Positions 52,160-64,000 of a stretch of 64,000 nucleotides of DNA are shown here, piece after piece. Source of the stretch: Haplodiscus bocki. Taxonomy: Eukaryota. The number at the start of each line of letters is the position of its first letter. The stretch's first letter is position 1. The DNA lies in contig OZ296650.1 in assembly GCA_965655095.1 (NCBI GenBank), positions 74,648,001 to 74,712,000 of the forward strand. The letters run 5' to 3'. The notes below the pieces were generated by a model. It saw only the letters and a program-made list of their open reading frames with translations. It searched no databases and was not told the origin of the DNA. The position numbers and the translations under genes were made by a program.

Positions 52160-52450
52160 CTATTTTCGACGACTGTTTCTTTTCACAGGTTTACTCGTTG
52201 TGCCTGATGCACTTCCTCCAATTTGATTCTTCGTTGTTTTTTTTGTCAGAACTGATTTCACTGTTGGTTTGAGAGATTTTCTTTTTATGGCAACATCCAT
52301 CATTTCTGGTAAACTTTGAACAAACAATTCCGTCCCACTGATTTGACAGCTGGTAGTACTTTTTGCGGAAGATAACGCGACTCGTCCAACATTAGCGGCT
52401 AAAGACCTAAAACGCTTTCTCGTGGTTTTGTGTGTCAAGTGAGACATGAC
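52160..52450 (-). pseudogene. Small basic Polinton core/PZ-like ORF relic
   Basis: RFRSLAANVGRVAL..AK....G.ELFVQSLPE...V...RKSLK...K...K.Q.GG lies immediately upstream of the MCP. Confidence 0.55.
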
Positions 52451-52459
52451 AGCTTGCCG

Positions 52460-53330
52460 GGAATAATGTTGCAATTTTAGAACTTGCAAAACTTCAATAA
52501 TCTCGCAACAGGACCGGTTCCAAAAATGGGACGTAGTCTCCAGACAGTGCAACTAATTCAGTAAAAAATTCCGGGTTGGGGGTAAACCTGGCTTTTTACA
52601 CTGCAGCTCTAGAAAGGATTTATGTTCGGTTTTTTCGTTGCAGACGTGATTTGTAGGTTACCGTTTGTTAGGTGTCTTTCTGTATCAACGACACAATCAA
52701 CCGGTTCTTTTACACCAGCTGGTCTTCGTTTCTATCACAGTTAACAATGAAAATTATGCTTCTTGCTGCAGTATCTGCCGGACAATCACCCTTGATTGGT
52801 TGTGTTTGCCTCTTCATTCTGTATATGTTACCAAAAAAGACCACCTCAATTGAGATCCGTCACTCCATTGAGCCCTAATAAAACGAACAGACTTCTGTCA
52901 TGAGGTTTTACTGCGTAACCATCTGGAAAGTTGAGATCTACACTGTCTCTCACAGTGCTAAAAGTAACAATGGACCGCGTGCTTTAACCAACCGCAACAT
53001 GGGAACGCGTGACAACGTCCTTGACTTTCTGTCTTGACCCTAAGGAAAAGTTGCATTGTTTGACGAATTGTCACCTTCCAGCTTTACGCTTCCTGGGCTT
53101 GTATTGCTAGTTGATGGTAAACTTTCGAAGGCTTTTCGGTGCGTAGACAAGTACTTTTTGGTGGGAACGTTCATGTTACTTCTGGGGAAAAGAAGATCTG
53201 TCAGAGCCACTCTCCAATTTCATTCTAGTTTTAAAGGTTCCGCGAGAGCGTTGCGAAAGGATGCCACTGTGTTTTGTCGATAAATTTCCATTAGACTGGT
53301 TGACTTCTAATGAATGTCAAAATCATCCAA
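52460..53330 (-). pseudogene. Polinton minor capsid (penton) relic
   Basis: DDFDIH..STSLMEIY.QNTVASFRN.LAEPLKLE.NWRVALTDLLFP start, later P.D.AA.SIIF and HKSFLELQ.K. Confidence 0.75.
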
Positions 53331-53339
53331 AGCTACCGA

Positions 53340-54230
53340 GCTGTTGTCAACTCTAGCTCGTTAAAGTTCCCCTCAATGTCTTCTTTCAGAGTCAACCAGC
53401 AAATAAGAGGGTGGGTTGGATGTTTCATTTTTGGTTTTCTGGAACACTTTGTCACTAAAGGCATGTTTGTACCCTTTTTTAATCAGTATACGTTCTTTTG
53501 CTAATCGAGCTTTGTCTCCAGGTTTCAATTTGGGTTTTTTCACCAGTTCACCAGTTTACCCGATTGTTCTGCTATGTCTGAAACCAAATTTGTTACATGC
53601 TTCGCCGAGAGCTTGTGGGGTGCCAATTGTGTTGCGCGGTTGGTTTGAGAATTGATCGTGTTAACGAAAGGCTCACTGTTTTTGTAGCGAATGAGAGCAT
53701 TTGTTCTCCAATGTTACTGTTTTTCAGAGATGGAATAGTGGTCTATATAGAAGCCGATTTTGCTTCCACGTTTGTGCTGTGAGTTTCAGTGGCTTTGCTT
53801 CCCCTTTCAAATTCTCTTTTGGACTTTTTCAAAGCTCTTTTGAACTCGGTTCTTTTATCACGCCACGCTTTCAAAGGTTCAGTTTTGGTGATCATGCGAC
53901 CAAGAGTTTTAGCAGTTCCCTCTGCACCATTAGACGACTTCTGAGTTTTCCTGACAGACTATCAGCAGCGACAAAAAGGTATTTAACCCCCTCGTTGTGT
54001 CTAGCTAGTTTGTCCACATAGGCTAAATCAGTAGACCAGATCTCGTTGATATCGCAGGCCATGACTTCCAATTGGCGAAAATGTCTTCTGTGTTGTCTGT
54101 ATTTCCTATGTGAATTTTTACTGTGTAGGAAGGTTTCAATTTTCACCCGAAAAAGAAAACTGTGTATTTGGAGATTTCAAACTATTCCATTCGCTGCCGA
54201 TTCTGTCATATATAACTTCTCGAGTTTCAT
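53340..54230 (-). pseudogene. Polinton retroviral-like integrase relic
   Basis: MKLEKLY...FLHSKNSH.KYR..RRHF.QLEV...DINEIWSTDLAYVDKLARHNEGVKYLFVAADSLS. Confidence 0.9.
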
Positions 54231-56199
54231 TTTGTCAGAATGAGAACTTCCGTCGCTGGCGTTGAGATCTCTTCCGCTAGAGACTCTTTTGCAACCTGCT
54301 TGTCATCCAGTCGTTGTTTCTCAGATGCTTTGTTGGTTGTTTTTGTTATAGGACATTGTTTTGCTTCGAGTAGGTTGGGGTAGTTTCTTTGCGTCGGAGT
54401 TAAGGACCAAGGTCGAAAAAAAATTGATCTTGTCTAAAGTTTGTTTTGTAGCCAGGGTCATGTAGTCCGTTCTTTGTTGACAGTAAGTTGTAAAGGAATT
54501 TGGTTACCTCAATCGTGGTTACGCGATCATCTGCTGTGAGAAATCCGTCTTCGTTAACTACATCTGAAGCTTCGTAGTTTTTCAAAATTATTTTTTTTGA
54601 GCTGTCCGAGCTTCAACATTGATAATGGTTTTAAACCTTTTTCTCCACAAAATCCGGCTGATTCTCTCAAATTTTGGATACAGTTGAACATTTATCTTTT
54701 CCTACTGTAGGTTTTCGTCTCTAGCAACGTCATTGTTTGGCTTTCTAAGTGATTGTTGGATCGACCAAAACATCCCATGATTTAAATTGCTCTTCCAATA
54801 AAGTTTTTTTTTCGGATTTGGAGTAAAGTTTTTTGAGATGATTGTATTAGGTATGATTAGGCTGGACAACTGATCTCCATCAATTTGATTCCTTTGCTGG
54901 AGGTAAGAATGTGTTACGTTTTCATGTCTAATGTCTTAGGATTGCATAATGTTTCAGCTTTTTTCACAGGTGAGTAGGCGGTATTTTTCACATTGAATGA
55001 AACATTTCCTTTAAATATATAAAAGTCGCATTTACGGAGAAATTTCAATTCATCTGCGCCAAAATTGCATACAATTCCGTCGAAAACTTTCCTCTTCTTT
55101 GTTTTGGCAATAGTTCAGTAAATGCGCTTTTTCTTCTTTCATTCGTCAAAGCGGTCGCTTTCACAGGAAAAAGTAGCGCCTGGTCCAGTGATATTGGAAC
55201 AAAGCGGCAACGATTTACTTTTGAATGACCATGCGGAGACGAAATAGGTTTTTGATAACAATCTTGAACGAACTCCTATTTGTTTAATTGTCTACCAAAA
55301 CGATCTATTTGCTAAACGCCACACGGAGACTTGAATATAACAACGAGTATTGTTTTGAAAACAATTGTGCAAAACCACTTCCTGTGAGGAAACGAAGTTT
55401 TGTTGACAAAAATGCTGTATCATTTTGTCTTCCAGCAACGGCCATCTCAAAAAATACTCATTCCTGGTACATTTCTTCGCAAGAATCATCAAAAAAAGAG
55501 AAATTTCCAAGCCTCTCAATCATTTCTCAATGTTCACTTTTTTAAACAGTTTCTTTGAATAATGGCTAATAATCCATGTAAAAGTAAGTTTTTTGAAACT
55601 TGGGGTTAAAAGTTTTAGCTGATTCTAACCTTGTAAAGGAGGGTTTTGTCTTAACTCAGCGTCCAAGTGCCAGAAAACACATGAATATTCCATCGTTAGT
55701 GAGAATAATTTTGTTCATAGCTGTGGCTTGAGAAAAATGAAACCAAACGCAGCTTATTAGAGACTCATACTGCCGTTTTTTCGCAAGATATTTTGTGAAA
55801 AGCATTTTTCCTAGATTGCTAAATATGAGTATCAAAGAAATACAGCTTGGAGAAAAAGACAGCTTCCGATCTTGGTAACGTTGATTTAAAATACTTCCCT
55901 GACGAGCAATCGGTATTTTTTGCTTCGTAGACGAATTTTTCAACTCAGGTATTGTCAGGACAATCAACTGCTTGTTCTTTCATCTCTATGTAAAAAAAGT
56001 TCCGGGTTGGAAAAAAATACTTCTAGCCTGGTTAAATAAAGTTGTCTTTTCTTTTCAGCTCGTTCAAGATTTCTTCGGGCAACTGGGATCCTCTTTACCA
56101 GATAGAAATGTCGGTTTAAGAAGCGGCGAAAGTCTCAGAGGCTTGATAATGTTGTCTTGCATCAACTGCTTCAATCGGGTACTTAATATGATTACGTAT

Positions 56200-59100
56200 G
56201 AAGTTCAGAAAAGGGCGAGGAGAATCGAATAGACACAAGGATACGGAATTCAGTATGAGATAAAAGCATGACTACCTTTCGCAAAACTTTATGTAATCCA
56301 ACTGGTCGGTATTCTTCTTATCACCAGTTCAGTTGTTTTGTTTATAGAGATTTTCATGAATTTGACCTGGTTGGCTGCTGAGGCTGAGGAGGTTAAACTG
56401 GGGGACAGGGTGAGAAATAAATTACCTTCGTTTTTCTGTGTTGGGGAAGCTGTAGACATAAGCGTTCAGCTGACACTGACTTTGCGAGAGTTGAAACAAG
56501 TTTGATTTTGCCCGTGAGCAATGATCTCATGAGAAAATTGCTGAGTATTTGAAACAACTGGAACTGCAGTTCTGCTGGAATTCGGAAGCTGTGGGACAGA
56601 TAAGTTGATCCAAATGAATGACTTGGCAGTGAAAAATCCGGGGAATCAAACACTTTTCGTTACTTTTGGGGTAAACGATGATGTTTATGAAACGCATTTT
56701 TTCAGCTTAGATTGAAACAGTAGACAAAAGAAAAATCGGAAAATCCAGAGTCCCAGTTCAAACCGTGTTTGTTTTTCGTGCGCCAAGTAAAACTTTTTGT
56801 GCCATGACAGAGACTTGGTCACTCAGATAAGGTGGCTGCAGAAAAAATATCCTGTTCGATTCAAAACGCCGAACAGATAACTCTTCCATAGTGAGGTTGA
56901 TTCAAAAAACGAAAGCCTTCGAAATCAATCGCAACTGTTTGAGCTGTCAGCATGAAAGAAGTGCAGAGTTTTATCCGGAGGACTTCACTGTAATTGACTA
57001 CCGACTTTTCACGGTTTGCAAAACAGAATTGTCAATAGGTGTTAGAACCTTCGATCAACCTATCAGACTTCAGTGATTTAACTTTTGGACATGCCTCCTT
57101 TAATATAGCAATATCGAGCAATGGATGAATTGGCGTGCATAATCCAATAAGAAATATTCTTCCATGTTCCGAAGCGAATTCTGCTTTCCTACTTTCTGTT
57201 TGCAAGTCTCTGCGATCCCACGAAATCATCTCGGAACGTGACATCTCTGCCTTCCTAAGCTGTTTTTTTAGAGCGAACTAACGAAGAAATACGAAACCGG
57301 TTTATCAGGCACAAAATAACGAGTGTTCTGCGACAGTTCAGGCATATTTTACTTAATGAAAACATGGTTCTGAAATGGGTCTTCAGTGCTGCTCACCACA
57401 TTTACTTCTCAAACTTTCGACCTTCATGAGCATGGGCAATTGAAAGCAACCCCGTTTGTGTCTGCAGGGAAAAAACAAACACCGTCGTTCAGACAGAAAC
57501 CGTCACATTTGGGCGAACAGTTGCTATTACATAGTCGTGTTGGTCGTAATAAAACCAAAATTGTTAGAAGAGCGAGACTTATTGTCCTTATCTTGAAAAG
57601 CAGCTGTTTCCAATCCATTGACGAATTATTTTTCAAATACTTGCAACTTTACTGTACTAAGAAACTGAATTTAGTTTCTTCTGACGTTCCCTATTGCAAG
57701 TCCATATTGGAAAACAAACTATTTTCGGCTTTCGGATTCGAACCCTCAGCCTTCAGAAAGAGCAACTGTCTGTACCATCTGAGCTATTTGTTCATTATTG
57801 TGAACGTAGTCAAGTGATTTATATTCAAAAGATAAACTATGGAGCACTGAAAGGTATCAACCATCTTCTTAGATTTCACCGCGATTATTTTCACAGCCCT
57901 CATCTTTTCTTTTTACCAATGATCATTCACATTTTTTTCGCAGGTCAATCCCAAGATTGTCTCAATCTTTTCGCAGGTGAATCTTGTACAGATTCAACTG
58001 CCAAAAGATTGACACAATCTTGGTATTGACCCACGAAAAACTATGTGAATCCTTTTACTACTGACAATTCTACATGGATAACGCTTTCATCTTCACGAAT
58101 TTTACTCTGCACCTCGAAAATTCTAGCTACAGCGAGAATAAATGACAGAAAATTGAAGTTCCGCGCAAATTAACAGAAATGCGACGACTTGGTTAGATGT
58201 AACCAACAGTGCGTCTGTGGCGAGATGGGACAAGGACACAATCCATTTGTGAACATATTGCCGTTTGAAACGAATTTTTCTTCCAAAATTTGTTGAAATC
58301 TTCCTTGCAGGTTTTGCAGATATTTGAGTATGGCAAACTCATTGCACTGTTTCGGTTATTTAACACCCTAAACGCATCTTGAACATCAATACCCCAATTC
58401 CGCAGCAATTTGATTGTCGAAGACATTAAAGATGCCAGGCATTAAGCGCTACCTAAGTGAAAAACTGCATTGAGCGAATTCAGCTGAAAATCCAATCACG
58501 TCGAAAACTGGACACTATTCGAACAGTCGACAATTTCGTTTTCGATGGTCTACTGGTAAAATTTTTAACGCTTTAAATGGTTCGCAATTTCTCGACGCTT
58601 TGTGATTTGAAAGTGTTTTGACGCCATGAGTAGTCACCATTTTGAAAAAGCGCGAAATAAGATTCGAAATTGACAAAATTTGAATTAGGCACTTGGTATC
58701 GAAGAGCAATCAGTAGCTTTCACTCTCATTTGGGGACACGGAGGAGAGTAATTATGAACAAAGAAAGTAAAAGAACAATAAGTTGTAGAAATTATACGGT
58801 TCACTTTAGCGGCCTCAACCTCGCTTAATCGGTCAATTATGCTATCGTTTGCGAAAAACGTAGAACCTACAGGCATTAAGACAAGCTTAATGCCCAAAAT
58901 ACTTCTCAACAACCCAAATTATGATCTTTTCATTTTAGTGGCCTTAAAGGCCTCGCAGCTCCTTTAAATCTGCCGCCAAAATAAAATGATGAATTTGTTT
59001 TCATCCAATTGGCAATTTTTATTCGACAAAGTTCATTATCACGTAGTTATCCATCTTAAAAAATTACTGATCCAACATAACTCATGTTTGTTTGTCTTTT

Positions 59101-60033
59101 CTTGAAAATTTTAATTGGCTGTACTTTTGAATATCTTCCGCTTCCTGAAGTTTGGTTTGGTTTACAACATAAGCAATCTTCAATGTCCCTACATTTGGGG
59201 TACTCTGAATTGCCATTCCATCCGCCGACTTGCATTGCATCGTTCTGGGAATCAAACAGCCGGGATCCTGACTGATGAGACTAGAGAGGGTAGTCCAGGC
59301 ACGAATCACTCGGGGTGTTTCGAAGAATCCTGAAGCATTCACAAGTGTCGTTTCAACTTGAACTCAAGACACAGAAAGCATTTAATGCTTTCCCAGAATT
59401 TGAAATCATATTCCGTTCCCAGCAGGAATGAAGCAAAACATTGAATTAAACATAGGTACTGAAGAGGAGGCTCCCTTCAGCTCTTAGAAGGTAGCTTGTT
59501 AAAACGAAAACAACACCAAAAGCTAAATTTGAAACATAGGGAGGCGAAACTGTGCGTCGAGAACACTTGGGAGAACAGCATAACTTATTCAAGGAAAATA
59601 TTTCGAAAAATGGCTGAAGTCTGCATAAAAGGCAAATTTCTCGCATTTTGAACCGCCTAAATCCACCAAATGATTTCTTATTAAGTGGGCATTCTAATAA
59701 CAGTGCGATTAAAATTGAATTGTGGAAATTATTAGAGCTCGATGTTCCTGGAAATCTCAAGACTTTTTGATTATTGGTCAAATTGTCATCAAATAAAAAT
59801 CTTTGTAATCTCATGAAAATTCCAAGAAACTTAATACATGTAAATCGCATTTTAGGCGCCAAAAAAGTTAATTCTTCCAAATGGAATTTTTGTCACCCCA
59901 AGAGGAATACCATATCATCGGAGGCTTCATTAAAGATGTAACTAGTTAAAGAATTGAAGAGAATGTTATGGCTTAACTTCTTAGGAAATAGAAAAGGTGA
60001 AACAATGGTGGAAATTGTCAAAAAACGGAAGTT
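56200..60033 (+). mobile_element. Degenerate RLE-type non-LTR retrotransposon (R4/Dong-like); 5' boundary uncertain
   Basis: Collinear fragments: MGN*KQP (M.NWKAPG), RLIVLILK..(GRT.LI.K..NYRPITCL), GQSQDCLNLF (GI.QGD.LSPL.F, ~57945), FYMDN (L.YMDD, ~58070), KCRF...KHLML (CCHC knuckle, ~59345), KLLELDVP and ILGA (RLE domain, 59725-59860). Confidence 0.6.
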
Positions 60034-63000
60034 TCAAGACTTTGTGATTATTGGTCAAATTTTGATCAAATAAAAATCTTTGTAATCTCATGAAAATTCC
60101 AAGAAACTTAATACATGTAAATCGCATTTTAGGCGCCAAAAAAGTTAATTCTTCCAAATGGAATTTTTGTCACCCCAAGAGGAATACCATATCATCGGAG
60201 GCTTCATTAAAGATGTAACTAGTTAAAGAATTGAAGAGAATGTTATGGCTTAACTTCTTAGGAAATAGAAAAGGTGAAACAATGGTGGAAATTGTCAAAA
60301 AACGGAAGTTTCAAGACTTTGTGATTATTGGTCAAATTTTGATCAAATAAAAATCTTTGTAATCTCATGAAAATTCCAAGAAACTTAATACATGTAAATC
60401 GCATTTTAGGCGCCAAAAAAGTTAATTCTTCCAAATGGAATTTTTGTCACCCCAAGAGGAATACCATATCATCGGAGGCTTCATTAAAGATGTAACTAGT
60501 TAAAGAATTGAAGAGAATGTTATGGCTTAACTTCTTAGGAAATAGAAAAGGTGAAACAATGGTGGAAATTGTCAAAAAACGGAAGTTTCAAGACTTTTTG
60601 ATTATTGGTCAAAATTTGATCAAATAAAAATCTTTGTAATCTCATGAAAATTCCAAGAAACTTAATACATGTAAATCGCATTTTAGGCGCCAAAAAAGTT
60701 AATTCTTCCAAATGGAATTTTTGTCACCCCAAGAGGAATACCATATCATCGGAGGCTTCATTAAAGATGTAACTAGTTAAAGAATTGAAGAGAATGTTAT
60801 GGCTTAACTTCTTAGGAAATAGAAAAGGTGAAACAATGGTGGAAATTGTCAAAAAACGGAAGTTTCAAGACTTTGTGATTATTGGTCAAATTTTGATCAA
60901 ATAAAAATCTTTGTAATCTCATGAAAATTCTAAGAAACTTAATACATGTAAATCGCATTTTAGGCTCCAAAAAAGTTAATTCTTCCAAATGGAATTTTTG
61001 TCACCCCAAGAGGAATACCATATCATCGGAGGCTTCATTAAAGATGTAACTAGTTAAAGAATTGAAGAGAATGTTATGGCTTAACTTCTTAGGAAATAGA
61101 AAAGGTGAAACAATGGTGGAAATTGTCAAAAAACGGAAGTTTCAAGACTTTGTGATTATTGGTCAAATTTTGATCAAATAAAAATCTTTGTAATCTCATG
61201 AAAATTCCAAGAAACTTAATACATGTAAATCGCATTTTAGGCGCCAAAAAAGTTAATTCTTCCAAATGGAATTTTTGTCACCCCAAGAGGAATACCATAT
61301 CATCGGAGGCTTCATTAAAGATGTAACTAGTTAAAGAATTGAAGAGAATGTTATGGCTTAACTTCTTAGGAAATAGAAAAGGTGAAACAATGGTGGAAAT
61401 TGTCAAAAAACGGAAGTTTCAAGACTTTTTGATTATTGGTCAAAATTTGATCAAATAAAAATCTTTGTAATCTCATGAAAATTCCAAGAAACTTAATACA
61501 TGTAAATCGCATTTTAGGCGCCAAAAAAGTTAATTCTTCCAAATGGAATTTTTGTCACCCCAAGAGGAATACCATATCATCGGAGGCTTCATTAAAGATG
61601 TAACTAGTTAAAGAATTGAAGAGAATGTTATGGCTTAACTTCTTAGGAAATAGAAAAGGCGAAACAATGGTGGAAATTGTCAAAAAACGGAAGTTTCAAG
61701 ACTTTGTGATTATTGGTCAAATTTTGATCAAATAAAAATCTTTGTAATCTCATGAAAATTCCAAGAAACTTAATACATGTAAATCGCATTTTAGGCGCCA
61801 AAAAAGTTAATTCTTCCAAATGGAATTTTTGTCACCCCAAGAGGAATACCATATCATCGGAGGCTCCATTAAAGATGTAACTAGTTAAAGAATTGAAGAG
61901 AATGTTATGGCTTAACTTCTTAGGAAATAGAAAAGGTGAAACAATGGTGGAAATTGTCAAAAAACGGAAGTTTCAAGACTTTGTGATTATTGGTGAAATT
62001 TTGATCAAATAAAAATCTTTGTAATCTCATGAAAATTCCAAGAAACTTAATACATGTAAATCGCATTTTAGGCGCCAAAGAAGTTAATTCTTCCAAATGG
62101 AATTTTTGTTACCCCAAGAGGAATACCATATCATCGGAGGCTTCATTAAAGATGTAACTAGTTAAAGAATTGAAGAGAATGTTATGGCTTAACTTCTTAG
62201 GAAATAGAAAAGGTGAAACAATGGTGGAAATTGTCAAAAAACGGAAGTTTCAAGACTTTGTGATTATTGGTCAAATTTTGATCAAATAAAAATCTTTGTA
62301 ATCTCATGAAAATTCCAAGAAACTTAATACATGTAAATCGCATTTTAGGCGCCAAAAAAGTTAATTCTTCCAAATGGAATTTTTGTCACCCCAAGAGGAA
62401 TACCATATCATCGGAGGCTTCAATAAAGATGTAACTAGTTAAAGAATTGAAGAGAATGTTATGGCTTAACTTCTTAGGAAATAGAAAAGGTGAAACAATG
62501 GTGGAAATTGTCAAAAAACGGAAGTTTCAAGACTTTTTGATTATTGGTCAAATTTTGATCAAATAAAAATCTTTGTAATCTCATGAAAAGTCCAAGAAAC
62601 TTAATACATGTAAATCGCATTTTAGGCGCCAAAGAAGTTAATTCTTCCAAATGGAATTTTTGTCACCCCAAGAGGAATACCATATCATCGGAGGCTTCAT
62701 TAAAGATGTAACTAGTTAAAGAATTGAAGAGAATGTTATGGCTTAACTTCTTAGGAAATAGAAAAGGTGAAACAATGGTGGAAATTGTCAAAAAACGGAA
62801 GTTTCAAGACTTTTTGATTATTGGTCAAATTTTGATCAAATAAAAATCTTTGTAATCTCATGAAAATTCCAAGAAACTTAATACATGTAAATCGCATTTT
62901 AGGCGCCAAAGAAGTTAATTCTTCCAAATGGAATTTTTGTCACCCCAAGAGGAATACCATATCATCGGAGGCTTCATTAAAGATGTAACTAGTTAAAGAA

Positions 63001-64000
63001 TTGAAGAGAATGTTATGGCTTAACTTCTTAGGAAATAGAAAAGGTGAAACAATGGTGGAAATTGTCAAAAAACGGAAGTTTCAAGACTTTTTGATTATTG
63101 GTCAAATTTTGATCAAATAAAAATCTTTGTAATCTAATGAAAATTCCAAGAAACTTAATACATGTAAATCGCATTTTAGGCGCCAAAGAAGTTAATTCTT
63201 CCAAATGGAATTTTTGTTACCCCAAGAGGAATACCATATCATCGGAGGCTTCATTAAAGATGTAACTAGTTAAAGAATTGAAGAGAATGTTATGGCTTAA
63301 CTTCTTAGGAAATAGAAAAGGTGAAACAATGGTGGAAATTGTCAAAAAACGGAAGTTTCAAGACTTTGTGATTATTGGTCAAATTTTGATCAAATAAAAA
63401 TCTTCGTAATCTCATGAAAATTCCAAGAAACTTAATACATGTAAATCGCATTTTAGGCGCCAAAAAAGTTAATTCTTCCAAATGGAATTTTTGTCACCCC
63501 AAGAGGAATACCATATCATCGGAGGCTTCATTAAAGATGTAACTAGTTAAAGAATTGAAGAGAATGTTATGGCTTAACTTCTTAGGAAATAGAAAAGGTG
63601 AAACAATGGTGGAAATTGTCAAAAAACGGAAGTTTCAAGACTTTGTGATTATTGGTCAAATTTTGATCAAATAAAAATCTTTGTAATCTCATGAAAATTC
63701 CAAGAAACTTAATACATGTAAATCGCATTTTAGGCGCCAAAAAAGTTAATTCTTCCAAATGGAATTTTTGTCACCCCAAGAGGAATACCATATCATCGGA
63801 GGCTTCAATAAAGATGTAACTAGTTAAAGAATTGAAGAGAATGTTATGGCTTAACTTCTTAGGAAATAGAAAAGGTGAAACAATGGTGGAAATTGTCAAA
63901 AAACGGAAGTTTCAAGACTTTCTGATTATTGGTCAAATTTTGATCAAATAAAAATCTTTGTAATCTCATGAAAATTCCAAGAAACTTAATACATGTAAAT
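59757..64000. repeat. Satellite array, 277-bp monomer, 15 full copies + partial, continues off window
   Basis: TCAAGACTT recurs at 59757, 60034, 60311, 60588 ... 63912 with an exact 277-bp period. Monomers differ by 0-3 substitutions. Confidence 0.99.

Larger units (their letters stand above)
44900..55200 (-). mobile_element. Degenerate Polinton/Maverick endogenous virus
   Basis: Relics of integrase, penton, major capsid, cysteine protease, packaging ATPase and protein-primed polB are collinear on one strand. TIRs were not resolved. Confidence 0.92.

Noticed and set aside
59757-64000. Regular repeats as a possible CRISPR array
   Set aside because: The 277-bp units are head-to-tail and identical with no unique spacers. 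There are no cas genes and the context is eukaryotic.

Overview
Eukaryotic, AT-rich, repeat-dominated animal DNA, probably a marine invertebrate; the element families resemble acoel-type repeats, but that is only an impression. Most of the window is decayed mobile elements, and there are no bacterial-type operons, rRNA genes or CRISPR arrays. Left to right: (1) a >12 kb degenerate Gypsy LTR retrotransposon on the - strand (gag, RT/RNase H, integrase) with a ~7 kb 3' accessory region carrying 2-3 macrodomain (OARD1/TARG1-like) relics. (2) A small DNA element with a palindrome of divergent tRNA-like A-boxes. (3) One candidate + strand and one candidate - strand spliced host gene, the latter with an ORF-bearing solo LTR in an intron. 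(4) Two CR1/L2-type LINE relics. (5) A three-element Mutator nest with three resolvable target-site duplications. (6) An IS3EU-like transposase relic convergent with HECT-like and RING-like relics. (7) A near-perfect 1505-bp tandem duplication containing a highly diverged ribosomal protein uS5/RPS2-like sequence. (8) A degenerate Polinton/Maverick with integrase, penton, major capsid, protease, ATPase and polB, all on the - strand. (9) An R4/Dong-like RLE retrotransposon relic whose 3' end has been amplified into a 277-bp satellite running off the window. All protein assignments are by-eye motif recognition on frameshifted sequence, and boundaries of decayed elements are approximate.
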